This document shows, one piece after another, positions 1-8,958 of a stretch of 57,080 bases of DNA. Within the stretch, counting starts at the first letter, position 1. Each line of letters starts with the position of its first letter. Both the position numbers and the translations under genes were made by a program. The notes beneath the pieces were generated by a model that searched no databases, was not told the DNA's origin, and worked only from the letters and a program-made list of their open reading frames with translations. The stretch comes from Phycisphaeraceae bacterium (lineage in GTDB: Bacteria > Planctomycetota > Phycisphaerae > Phycisphaerales > Zrk34): contig JBBDRF010000011.1 of assembly GCA_040905565.1 (NCBI GenBank), positions 1-57,080 of the forward strand, given 5' to 3'.

Positions 1-310
1 CTCGCCTCGCTGCCGCGTTCGCCCGCTGCACCGCCCGTTTGCTGATATCACAGCCGTGGACCGCCACGCGATCCTTGCCCTGCTTCGCCAGTGCGATCGC
101 CACGTCGCCGCCGCCGCTGGCCACATCCAGCACACGCAACGGCCGCCCCGGCGTCGCACGCTCGATCAGGTCTTCCAGGCAGCCGTAGACCGCCGCCCCC
201 GCACTGCTCAGCCGATTCAGCCGGGCGAGGCCGCGCAGCGCCGTCGTATGGCGTCGACCATTCAACGCCGGGTCATCCATCAGTTCCGGTTCAAGCACAC
301 GTTCACGCAC
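1..310 (-). CDS. Class I SAM-dependent methyltransferase, N-terminal part (runs off window start)
   Basis: Not in the ORF track. Manual translation from GTG at 310, preceded by GGGGAG: MRERVLEPELMDDPALNGRRHTTALRGLARLNRLS...LRVLDVASGGGDVAIALA. Contains the SAM-binding motif I, VLDVASGGG. Confidence 0.8.
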   Translation of the reverse strand, partial: MRERVLEPELMDDPALNGRRHTTALRGLARLNRLSSAGAAVYGCLEDLIERATPGRPLRVLDVASGGGDVAIALAKQGKDRVAVHGCDISKRAVQRANAAARR

Positions 311-401
311 AAGACTCCCCTCGCAAGTGAACTACATTGTACCGTCGCTTGCGAAGCGGCGAGCGCCCCCGGCCGAATTCAGCTGATTCCCACTCCCCGA
401 C

Positions 402-1559
402 TCAATCCACACGGTCGCGCCACGTCATGCTCACCGGGCGGTAGCGGCGCTGCAGCCCGGCCGCGTCGTGCAACTGCTGCACATCGCTCGCCGACAACGG
501 CCGATTGAAGATCGCCACGTCGAACATCTGCCCCAGCAGCGGCTCGATGAATCCGCTGATCGACCCCGCCGCCGAACCGCTTGCGTCCGCCCCGATCGCG
601 ATCGGCTCCGCGTTGCCCGCCCCGTCGACCGTCCACCCCGTGCCGCCGGTGTAGCTGTGACTGCCGACCTGCTCACCGTCGACATACAGCTGCATGCCGC
701 CCGCGCCGAAGGTGAACGCCACATGGTGCCAGCGATCCGAAGCAAGCGTCGACGAGCCCACCTCATAAGTCTGCGCATGACTGCTGAGCCGCGCGACCAC
801 GCTGCCGCTGCTGAGTCGAATCGTCAGGTGCCCGCCGTTGCCCAGGCCCGACGCATCCTTGCTGAACAGCCCCTGCCCGCGGGCGATGTCGTCGCTTTTG
901 AACCAGAACACGATGGCCCCCCCGTCAGTCGCGAACAGGTCGTGATGGGGGATCTCGACCACGCTGCTGACGCCGTCGAACCCTGCTGTGCGCAGGCAGT
1001 GGCGTGTGTCGTGGCGTTGCAGTTCAACGCTGTGATAGAGGCCTTGCTGCTGCCCCGCATCATCGCCGGCCGCCGTGCCCCCCGCCTCGGTCAAAGGCCA
1101 ATAGCCAGCCGGCAGCAGCGTCATCAGCGCCCGCCCGTGGGATTGCGGCTTCAGAGCCTGCGGTTCCATCTTTATCGAAAGCAGCGTCCGCGCCTCGCCC
1201 TGCCGCCCGGTCGCGTCCACCCACACCGCCTCGCATCCATCCGCCGCGAGCGTGCCCCCCGCCTCAGCTGCGCGATAGCTGAATGTGAAACTTCCCTGCC
1301 CCTGCTCCCGTGTCCGTTGCGCCTCGCTCAGCGTCGTCCAGTCCGCATCGTTTAGCAGATGCCACCGCGCCAGCTCCGCCGCACTCCGCGCATGACTGCG
1401 CGCCGCGATCAGGTCCGCATTCAGCTGCGTCGACCGATGCTGTACGCGTACCGCCAACAGCCCGGAAACGCCCATGACCGCTACGATCATCGCGGTGCTT
1501 AGGGCCACGAGGTAAACCGTCCCGCGTTGCCGTGCGTGCTGGCGCAATACATGGTTCAC
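402..1559 (-). CDS. PilX/GspK-like minor pilin with C-terminal LamG (concanavalin-like) domain
   Basis: RQRGTVYLVAL plus hydrophobic helix (PilX-type, no E5). LamG motifs GYWPLTE, WHHVAFTF, LYVDG, DVAIFNRPLS. Last pilin-type gene of the operon. Confidence 0.75.
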   Translation of the reverse strand: MNHVLRQHARQRGTVYLVALSTAMIVAVMGVSGLLAVRVQHRSTQLNADLIAARSHARSAAELARWHLLNDADWTTLSEAQRTREQGQGSFTFSYRAAEAGGTLAADGCEAVWVDATGRQGEARTLLSIKMEPQALKPQSHGRALMTLLPAGYWPLTEAGGTAAGDDAGQQQGLYHSVELQRHDTRHCLRTAGFDGVSSVVEIPHHDLFATDGGAIVFWFKSDDIARGQGLFSKDASGLGNGGHLTIRLSSGSVVARLSSHAQTYEVGSSTLASDRWHHVAFTFGAGGMQLYVDGEQVGSHSYTGGTGWTVDGAGNAEPIAIGADASGSAAGSISGFIEPLLGQMFDVAIFNRPLSASDVQQLHDAAGLQRRYRPVSMTWRDRVD

Positions 1560-2089
1560 GGTTGCACCTCCGCCGGTTTCGCATCCACCCGTAACGCCAC
1601 CAGCTCCGCCATCCGCTTGCCGCCTCGGCTCACCGTTACCGTGATCTGCTTCACGCCTGTCTCCGCCGCTGCTTCACCAAGCGTCTCTGCCTGAACCCAG
1701 TGCACTGCCGCCCGCCTCTCAAAGTCGTCGTTCCCACTCAGCGCTACCCCGTCACGATCAACAGGCGGCGACGCGCTCCACCCGTCGTAATCATCCACGT
1801 CATCGAACAAGCTGCGGTCTTCCGTCGCCGCTTCCGTCGCCGTCGGGCCGAACGCGTCCGCGTCCTGCGGATCAGCATAAGGCTGCGCCAGAATCTCCTG
1901 CATCAGCCCCTCCGCCAGCGCCATCGCCCGCGCCCGCTCCCCCATCGTCGTCAGCGTTGTCCGCGATGACCCCACCGCATTCAACGCCGCCACAAACATC
2001 AGCGAGATCACCATCATCGCCATCACCACTTCCACCATCGTGAAGCCGCTCGCCCATCGTTTCGCTTGCCTCATGCTTGCCCCTTTCAT
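1556..2089 (-). CDS. Minor (pseudo)pilin, PilV/GspI-like
   Basis: Prepilin motif G|FTMVEVVMAMMVI. 4-nt overlaps with both neighbours. Confidence 0.8.
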   Translation of the reverse strand: MKGASMRQAKRWASGFTMVEVVMAMMVISLMFVAALNAVGSSRTTLTTMGERARAMALAEGLMQEILAQPYADPQDADAFGPTATEAATEDRSLFDDVDDYDGWSASPPVDRDGVALSGNDDFERRAAVHWVQAETLGEAAAETGVKQITVTVSRGGKRMAELVALRVDAKPAEVQP

Positions 2090-3654
2090 TCCACCACACT
2101 GATGCGAACCCGGTCGACCGCCCCGCTGGCCATCCCCTCCACCATCGCCTGCCGTTCGCTCGTGCTCACGCTCCGCCGGCTGTAGAAGTACGTGCCGTGC
2201 TCCCGCCCCTGCACCTGCAGATGCACCGTGCCGTAGGCTGCGTCGACGATCAGCCCCGCATTGACGTAACCCGTCGGCAGGTTCGTCACCTCCGTAAGCA
2301 CCTCTTCCGTCGCCCCCATATTCCGCAACGTCAGCGTCTGTGAGCCATCCGCCTGCTTCAGCAGTTCAACGCGTAGCTCCGCCGCCTGACCGCTCACCCG
2401 GTCGGCAAAGATGGTGAAACGCGGCAGCTCCGCGTCCGCTGCCTCGTCCTGCATCCGAAGGTCCACGAACGTCCTCCCGCCGAAGTCATGCTGCGGCCGC
2501 GATTCCAGCGGATCGCCCAGCCAGTCCAGCTCCCCGTCGCCCATCACGTCCACCGTCGCCGGGTCGTCCTCTGCGTTCAGCTCCCACGCCGCGTTCACCA
2601 GCATCGGCTCATTGCGCAGATGCGTTCGGCCGTACACCGGCGCGACCGTCTCATCACCGCTCACCAGCCGCACCCCCACCGCTGTCACCCGCTCATGCCC
2701 CGTCACCTGGGGCGGCCCCTGCCGCGTCACCACGCCCCGCAACCGATACAGCAACGTCTCCAGCGCATGATGATTCCACGACGCCCCGCCGTCTGTCGTC
2801 GTCAGTAGTCCCGACCCCGTCAACGTTTCATAGCCGATGTACGCCGGGTTGCTGGCACCACCGGCGCCACGGATCACCAGCGCCACGCGATCCTCCGGCG
2901 CAATCGCCGTCGTCGCATCAAATGCCGCCCCCGTCCAGGTCATGTAGCTCGAGGCCGACCCGGAAACCTGCCCCTCCGCCAGCGCCGTCTGCGTCGCATG
3001 CCTGTTGCCGTCCGCCCGAATCAACAGGCACCGCAACGTCGCACTCGTCCGCCACTGCGCCCGGAAGAGCACCGTCGTCGGCCGCCACGAAACCGCATCT
3101 GAAGGCAGCGAAGGCTGAATGTACTGGCCCGGCCAGTCGGTCGGCGTTACCTCCGAATTGCCCTCGAGAAGCAGCCCCATGTACTGCCCGATCACAATCT
3201 CCGTCGATTCCACCAGCGGTGCACCGTACGTCAGCTCATCGGTCACCACCTCGTAATCCAGCGCCAGGTCGTGCACGTTCTCAAGCACCACCATGGGCGT
3301 CGCATCGTTCACCTGCCGTGTTAATTCACCACCAGATTGCCCGCCCCAGGCATAGCGAATCCGATCTGCGCTGCCGTCGCCCGTGCGGTCATGAACCACC
3401 ACCGTGATGTTCGTCGCGGTGCGCTCGGTCACAAAGCGTGCATGCTTGAGGTCATCACCCAAGCGCTCCAGCGCCGCCGCTGCTGCGAGCCTCCCCTGCC
3501 CCGCATGCTCCGGCGATGGAATGGCGTGACTGCTCAACGCGATCGCCGACCCCATCGCCACCAGCAGCACGCCGATCAGCGCACTGCTCATCAACGTTTC
3601 GATCAGCGTGAACCCCGCACGCCGGCTCCCAGAATGTTGGTATGCCCTCTTCAT
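2086..3654 (-). CDS. Large minor pilin, PilW/GspJ-like, with extended C-terminal domains
   Basis: Prepilin motif RRAG|FTLIETLM. 522 aa. Confidence 0.75.
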   Translation of the reverse strand: MKRAYQHSGSRRAGFTLIETLMSSALIGVLLVAMGSAIALSSHAIPSPEHAGQGRLAAAAALERLGDDLKHARFVTERTATNITVVVHDRTGDGSADRIRYAWGGQSGGELTRQVNDATPMVVLENVHDLALDYEVVTDELTYGAPLVESTEIVIGQYMGLLLEGNSEVTPTDWPGQYIQPSLPSDAVSWRPTTVLFRAQWRTSATLRCLLIRADGNRHATQTALAEGQVSGSASSYMTWTGAAFDATTAIAPEDRVALVIRGAGGASNPAYIGYETLTGSGLLTTTDGGASWNHHALETLLYRLRGVVTRQGPPQVTGHERVTAVGVRLVSGDETVAPVYGRTHLRNEPMLVNAAWELNAEDDPATVDVMGDGELDWLGDPLESRPQHDFGGRTFVDLRMQDEAADAELPRFTIFADRVSGQAAELRVELLKQADGSQTLTLRNMGATEEVLTEVTNLPTGYVNAGLIVDAAYGTVHLQVQGREHGTYFYSRRSVSTSERQAMVEGMASGAVDRVRISVVE

Positions 3655-4163
3655 TCCAGCGTCACGCTCCCCGTTTCCGCATCAACCGTGATAGTTCGAA
3701 GCGAATCGCCCACGCCTACCGTGATCGTGCCGCTGCGGTCCGGCATCCCGTAGCCGTCGAAAATCAAACCGGTCGTGCCATCCAAATCCACCGCGACCAG
3801 CGTTGCCCGGTACGGCGCTCGATCCAGCCGCACGACATACGGTTCATCAGGCCCCTCATCCAAAGGCCTCGCCGAACTCGCATAGCTGTCGCTGGCCAAC
3901 GCGAAGTCGACCGCCTGCGATGAAGCCCGCGCTCGCGCTGTGCGCGCCACGTACGCCAGATCGGCTGCAACCCGGCCTGCCGCCGACTCCACCCGATACC
4001 GCCGCTCCGCCCCACTGAAACGCGGCACCGCCACCGCCGCCACCACCGAAATGATCGCCACCACCATCACCAACTCAATCAGCGAGAACGCGAAAGCTCG
4101 CCGCCCGCCTCGCACTCTGCCCCGGCCACCTTCCCAACGTGATGCAACGTTTGATGTGAGCAT
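3651..4163 (-). CDS. FimT/GspH-like minor pilin
   Basis: A|FSLIELVMVVAII, then DLAYVARTARA and FDGYGMP (GspH-like pattern). Confidence 0.8.
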   Translation of the reverse strand: MLTSNVASRWEGGRGRVRGGRRAFAFSLIELVMVVAIISVVAAVAVPRFSGAERRYRVESAAGRVAADLAYVARTARARASSQAVDFALASDSYASSARPLDEGPDEPYVVRLDRAPYRATLVAVDLDGTTGLIFDGYGMPDRSGTITVGVGDSLRTITVDAETGSVTLE

Positions 4164-4186
4164 GGTGGCACCAAAACCAGCGTAAG

Positions 4187-4219
4187 AAAAAGGGCCGCTC
4201 GCCAGCTTGCGAACGGCCC
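4187..4219 (-). terminator. Rho-independent terminator/attenuator after the major pilin gene
   Basis: GGGCCG...CGGCCC stem at 4192-4219, followed on the minus strand by TTTTT (4187-4191). Confidence 0.7.
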
Positions 4220-4261
4220 ATTGATCAAGTCAGCCCATTACGAACCTGCCGTCCCGCTTCA

Positions 4262-4756
4262 TCAATAAGCGTTGTAAGCACGTTCAGTGGCATCATCCTC
4301 AGCGTCCGCAAGGTTCGCACGGATCGTGCCCGCCGCGGCGTCGTAGAACCAGCCCGCGCCGGCATCACCGATCGTGTCGGTGCTCGCATCGGCGATGCCT
4401 GTTTCAGTGCGATTCGTCCCCACGGGCAACGGCGGAATGCGACGGATGTAAGGCCCGTAAATGTGCGTCGCGTCCTTCGTCGCCGACGTCGCACCATCGG
4501 CATCGGTAAACTCCGTTAACTGCGCTTCGAAGGTCGCCGCGTCGGGAAAGTCGCCGTTATGTTCAGCGGCATAAAGCTCAATCGCATTGCGCAGTACGGC
4601 TAGGTCGCCGATCAGCGCCGAGTCCGCCGCCCCTGCCGCACCACGACTCATCCGCGGAATCGCGATCGCGCCGATAATCGCAATGATCGCTACCACGATC
4701 ACTAGTTCGACCAGACTGAAGCCCGACCGCCGTTTTACATTCGCTAGTTTCATCAT
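4262..4756 (-). CDS. Major pilin / GspG-like pseudopilin
   Basis: KRRSG|FSLVELVIVVAIIAII...LRNAIELY...GPYI. AGGAGA SD at 4765-4770 supports a start at 4756. Has its own terminator. Confidence 0.85.
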   Translation of the reverse strand: MMKLANVKRRSGFSLVELVIVVAIIAIIGAIAIPRMSRGAAGAADSALIGDLAVLRNAIELYAAEHNGDFPDAATFEAQLTEFTDADGATSATKDATHIYGPYIRRIPPLPVGTNRTETGIADASTDTIGDAGAGWFYDAAAGTIRANLADAEDDATERAYNAY

Positions 4757-4885
4757 TCGACCAATCTCCTTACGCACCGTGCATCAATGCATCGTGTGCC
4801 TTCTTTTCCCCGTTAGGTTGTCTCTTCCCTATGAAAATGCATCGACGGGTTGCAAATCTGACTTTAAGCACAATCGGATAAATCG

Positions 4886-5512
4886 TTACCTTTGATCGCC
4901 CGCCTGGGCCTGAGTTTTCGATCGAACACCGTCATCCTCATCCTCACCGGCGCGCTTGATCGTGAGTGTCACCGACACCTCGCCGCGCTCGAGTGTTGCT
5001 TCGCGCCCACGCAGCCGCGTCAGTACGAAACTGCCCACTCCCTCGCCGATGCCGATCGGTCGGCCGTTGATGATGGCGATCCCGCCGCCCTCGCGCTGCT
5101 GCATCACCGCCTGTAGTTGATGCTCATTTCTAAACTCCTCCGCCGGATCAATTGTCTGCGGCGTACTGGATTCGCCCGGCGTCGCCCTCGCCTCGGCCGG
5201 CTGCCAGTGGGCCGGCACGGCAAAGGGATTCGCCAGCGCCTGCTTCGCAAGCCTCCGCTCCTCCGCAACGCGACTCAACTGCATCGCAAGGCCGTGCTCG
5301 CCGCCCATCTCGGCCACGGCTGCGTCGGCATGGGCGATCACGCGATTGATGCGATCCAGGTTCTCGTCGATGACCCTCGTCTCCACCACGGCGGGTGTTG
5401 CCTCGGCCTCGGTCGGCCCCGAAGCGCCAGCCTCCAAAAGCAGCCGATCCACTGCGAGTGCAGCCAACGCCGTCATGAGCAACGCCACGTAAATCTTCCG
5501 CTGCCGATTCAT
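4886..5512 (-). CDS. Membrane-anchored PilP/GspC-like assembly protein
   Basis: N-terminal TM helix, NPF motif, LQAVM...AIING beta domain. ATGA overlap with pilO gives a start at 5512. Confidence 0.55.
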   Translation of the reverse strand: MNRQRKIYVALLMTALAALAVDRLLLEAGASGPTEAEATPAVVETRVIDENLDRINRVIAHADAAVAEMGGEHGLAMQLSRVAEERRLAKQALANPFAVPAHWQPAEARATPGESSTPQTIDPAEEFRNEHQLQAVMQQREGGGIAIINGRPIGIGEGVGSFVLTRLRGREATLERGEVSVTLTIKRAGEDEDDGVRSKTQAQAGDQR

Positions 5513-6096
5513 CGCACTCCCCCTTCCGTAGAAGCCGTCTGCGGCGGCAGCGCGTGCCACTGCACCGTCAACCGAAATCCCGTCACCCGCTCCCGCCCCC
5601 CCCGTTCCCGACTCTCGCCCTGCAAGCTCATCGTGGTGATCGTTACGTCCACAAACTGCGCCGACAGTTGGTGAAGAAAACGCGCGTAATCCGCATAGGT
5701 TCCGCTGCCGGCAAGCTGAATCGGTAACACCTCGTACCGCATCCCCGCCACCGCCCGGCCCGGTTGAATCTCCGTCAGTTCCAACCCCGCTTCTTCCGCC
5801 AGCGACGCCAAGGCCGCCACCCGCTGATTCAAATGACGCGAAGGCTCGAGCGCTGCTTCCGCATCAGCCACCGTTTGCTCAATGCGTTCCAGGTGTGCCC
5901 GCAACTGCCCGGCCGCCGTCTCCATCTCCCGAACGTGCTCCCGCTGCGTGGCCATCTGCTGGCGTTGATCCGCCCGCGCCAGCCGCTGTGCAAGCAGGGG
6001 TTGGAGCACCGTCACGAACACGACAACCGTGGCAATCACGACGACTGCTATGCCCAAAAGATCGATCTGTTTCGGTGAAAGCTGTCGTATGTTCAT
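5509..6096 (-). CDS. pilO: PilO/GspM-like protein
   Basis: TM helix, coiled coil, LPIQLAGSGTYADYARFL. Lies after pilN. Confidence 0.75.
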   Translation of the reverse strand: MNIRQLSPKQIDLLGIAVVVIATVVVFVTVLQPLLAQRLARADQRQQMATQREHVREMETAAGQLRAHLERIEQTVADAEAALEPSRHLNQRVAALASLAEEAGLELTEIQPGRAVAGMRYEVLPIQLAGSGTYADYARFLHQLSAQFVDVTITTMSLQGESRERGGRERVTGFRLTVQWHALPPQTASTEGGVR

Positions 6097-6653
6097 CGGC
6101 CGTCTCCTTCACCACCAAGCCGACACCGCAGGCGAAACGCCACCGCCGCCCGCTCATGGACAAGCGTGCGCGTGGTCTCAACCAGCGTCACGTCGCTGAA
6201 CAGCCCCGCCCCCTCCAGGCCCAGCACATACTGCGAAACCACCTGCTGATCTTCCCCCACGCCGGCCAGTTCGAGCCGATATCCGCCCTCCGATTCAAGG
6301 TTGATGCGATTGAGCATCACCGCGTTCGGCCGTGCCGCTTCAAGCGTCGCCATCAACAGGCTCCAGTCGGGCTGCGCGGTCACCGCGCGACTCGCCTCAA
6401 GGGTCCGCATCGCCTGGCGCAGCTTCGGTTCAAGCGTCGTCAGGCGCTGCTCCACCTCTTGCGATTCAGCGGTCATCTCCGCCCGTGCCTCCGCCAGCGC
6501 CCGGTCGGCCTCACCCCACACCCCCTGCGCCACCAGCACCACAGCCAGCATGACCAGTCCGTAGGCCGTTCCCAGACGCACCCACGCCCGCAGTCGAATT
6601 CGGCGTCGCCGATCGACCCTTCGCTTCTCCGGGATCAGGTTCACCGCTTTCAT
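6093..6653 (-). CDS. pilN: PilN-like protein
   Basis: N-terminal VNLIP motif (PilM-binding INLLP type), TM helix, coiled coil. Confidence 0.8.
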   Translation of the reverse strand: MKAVNLIPEKRRVDRRRRIRLRAWVRLGTAYGLVMLAVVLVAQGVWGEADRALAEARAEMTAESQEVEQRLTTLEPKLRQAMRTLEASRAVTAQPDWSLLMATLEAARPNAVMLNRINLESEGGYRLELAGVGEDQQVVSQYVLGLEGAGLFSDVTLVETTRTLVHERAAVAFRLRCRLGGEGDGR

Positions 6654-7738
6654 GCTTCACCGCCCGACTCGTGCATCGCCAGTGCCGTGGCCAGTGAGAA
6701 CGCCGGATCATGCCCCGCCCCCAGCAACGGTTCCGCCACCGCCGCCCGATGCCCCGGCGTCAGCACCGTCGCCCGATCCGGCACATGAAGCGTCAACGCC
6801 TCCGCCAGCCCCAGCATCTTCGCCGCGCCACCCACCAGCATCACAGGCCCCACCGCAACGTCTCCGTATTGATGCTTCGCGTAGGAAAGCGAAACGTTCA
6901 ACTCCCGCGCCAGATCCTCAAGATGCTGTGTCACCATCGCCCGCATCGGCGTCGGCATCGCGTCCGGATGATCCGGGTCATCAGTCAGCCCCACATCCTC
7001 CAGCAAGTACCGCGCTACCCCCGCCTCCAGCGCGAACTCCTGCATCATCCGATCCGCCAGCGCCCCAAACCCCGACTCCGGGAGCCGACGCTCATAGATC
7101 ACGCAGCCCCGGTAAATCAGCATCAGCGTCGCCGCCGTCTGCCCCAGGTCCATCACGACCAGCACATGCTGCTGACTCTCCTCCGCCACATCCGCCAGCC
7201 GCGCGAGCGCCGAAGCCGCGACATCCAGCACGACCACCTCCATTCCATGCTCAGCGAACGCATCCAGCATCGCCTCCGCCTCGTCATGGGGACACGCCGC
7301 CACCGTCGCGCGTGTCAGATCATGCTGCCTTGAACCAGCGGGAAGCTCCGCCCACGCCAGCTCGAAACTCCCCGGCGTCAGCCGATGCAGCGTGGCCGTC
7401 TCCATGCGTGCGATCTGCTCCAGCGGCGCCCCCGAGTCCCGCCTCGGCAGCTCAATCATCCCGCCACGCAGCGTCTCACCGGGCACCGCCAGCACCAGCT
7501 CATCCCCCACAAAACCCTGCCGTGATAGCACCTGCCCAATCCGCGCCACGCCCCCTTCCATCAGCCCGTTCAGCCCCGCACCATCCGCGCCAGCCGCCCC
7601 CTCCTCCCTTGGAATCAGCGTCGCCGCCGCAACACGCCACGCACCCGGCTCCCCCGCCAGCTGCACCGCCTTCACCGCGCGCGAGCCCACATCCAACCCG
7701 ATCGGACTCAATCTCTTCCGGCTAAACCATCCCATCAA
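6650..7738 (-). CDS. pilM: PilM actin-like assembly protein
   Basis: IGLDVGSRAVKAVQL, VMDLG and LVGGAA motifs. Confidence 0.85.
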   Translation of the reverse strand: MMGWFSRKRLSPIGLDVGSRAVKAVQLAGEPGAWRVAAATLIPREEGAAGADGAGLNGLMEGGVARIGQVLSRQGFVGDELVLAVPGETLRGGMIELPRRDSGAPLEQIARMETATLHRLTPGSFELAWAELPAGSRQHDLTRATVAACPHDEAEAMLDAFAEHGMEVVVLDVAASALARLADVAEESQQHVLVVMDLGQTAATLMLIYRGCVIYERRLPESGFGALADRMMQEFALEAGVARYLLEDVGLTDDPDHPDAMPTPMRAMVTQHLEDLARELNVSLSYAKHQYGDVAVGPVMLVGGAAKMLGLAEALTLHVPDRATVLTPGHRAAVAEPLLGAGHDPAFSLATALAMHESGGEA

Positions 7739-8958
7739 CGCGCTCCGGTCATCGCTGTCAGATCGAACAGGGGCAGGAACATCGTGATCGCCACGAACCC
7801 CACCAGCAGTCCCAGCACCACCAGGATCACCGGCTCAATGATGCTCGCCAGCGACTTCAGCACCACCTCATTATCTTCGTCCAGAAAGTGCGCCAGATTC
7901 AGCAGCAACGGCCCAACCTTTCCCGAAGCCTCGCCACTGCGTATCGCCTGATACACCGACGGATCCACCAGCGACCGATCCGCAAACGCCGAATGGATCG
8001 GCTCCCCGCGCGTCACCGCTTCCTCCGCACCCTCCAGCAGCCGCCGATATTGCGTGTGCGAAACCGTCTGCTTCACCAGCCCCAACACCTCAAGCAGCGG
8101 CAGATAGCTGTCCAGCAACGTCCCCATCAACCGAATAATCCGCGCCGTAATGAACGCCCGCGTGATCTTTCCGAACAACGGCATCCGGATCATCGCCGCA
8201 TCAACCTGCTCCCGTCCGCGCTCGCTCCGCATATACGCCCGCGCCCCCAGCACCAGCGCCACCGGCACCAACGGCAACAACCACCACCCCCACAGAAGCC
8301 CCTCCCCCAGATAAACCAGCCCCTGCGTCGTCGCCGGCAGCGGCGCATCAAGCTGCTCAAAAAGATCTGCGAACTTCGGCAACACAAACATCAAAAGCAT
8401 CAACAGAATCCCGCCCGATACCGTCACCAGCAACGCCGGGTAAATCATCGCCCCGATCACGCTGTTGCGCACATGCAGTTGATGCCTTGTCACCGCCGCC
8501 ACCCGATCCAGCATCATCGGCAGCTTCCCCGCCGTCTCACCCGCCTCCACCAGACTCCGCGTGATCCGATCAAACGCCTGCGGATGCCGCTCCATCGCCT
8601 CCGTCAGGCTCGAGCCTTCCTCGATCCGCTGCCGCACATCCACCAACATCGCCCGCCACGCCACGTCCGCCGTCTGATGCTCCACCGCTTCAATCGCCTG
8701 AACCAAAGGCGTCCCCGTCGAAACCAACACATGCAGCTGCCGCGCCAGCATCGTCAGATTCTTAAGCCGCCTCCCTCCCCCACCTGTTCGCGCCTCTTTG
8801 CCACGCGCCGCCGGTTTCGCCGCGCCAGCCGCTTCAATCTGCGTCACGAACAGCCCCTGCCCGCGCAGCGTTAGCCCCGCCTCACTGGCGCTGCCCGCTT
8901 CGATCTCGTCGCGCACGCACCGCCCCGCCTTGTCGTACGCTTCGTAGATCAGCTTCAT
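7735..8958 (-). CDS. pilC: PilC/GspF inner-membrane platform protein
   Basis: Two T2SSF repeats (GETAGKL, GEASGKV), AMIYP, IEP...MFLPLF. Confidence 0.9.
   Translation of the reverse strand: MKLIYEAYDKAGRCVRDEIEAGSASEAGLTLRGQGLFVTQIEAAGAAKPAARGKEARTGGGGRRLKNLTMLARQLHVLVSTGTPLVQAIEAVEHQTADVAWRAMLVDVRQRIEEGSSLTEAMERHPQAFDRITRSLVEAGETAGKLPMMLDRVAAVTRHQLHVRNSVIGAMIYPALLVTVSGGILLMLLMFVLPKFADLFEQLDAPLPATTQGLVYLGEGLLWGWWLLPLVPVALVLGARAYMRSERGREQVDAAMIRMPLFGKITRAFITARIIRLMGTLLDSYLPLLEVLGLVKQTVSHTQYRRLLEGAEEAVTRGEPIHSAFADRSLVDPSVYQAIRSGEASGKVGPLLLNLAHFLDEDNEVVLKSLASIIEPVILVVLGLLVGFVAITMFLPLFDLTAMTGAR

Noticed and set aside
4786..4802. Sigma-54 promoter upstream of the major pilin (GGCAC...TGC on the minus strand)
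   Set aside because: GG-to-GC spacing is 8 nt rather than the required 10.
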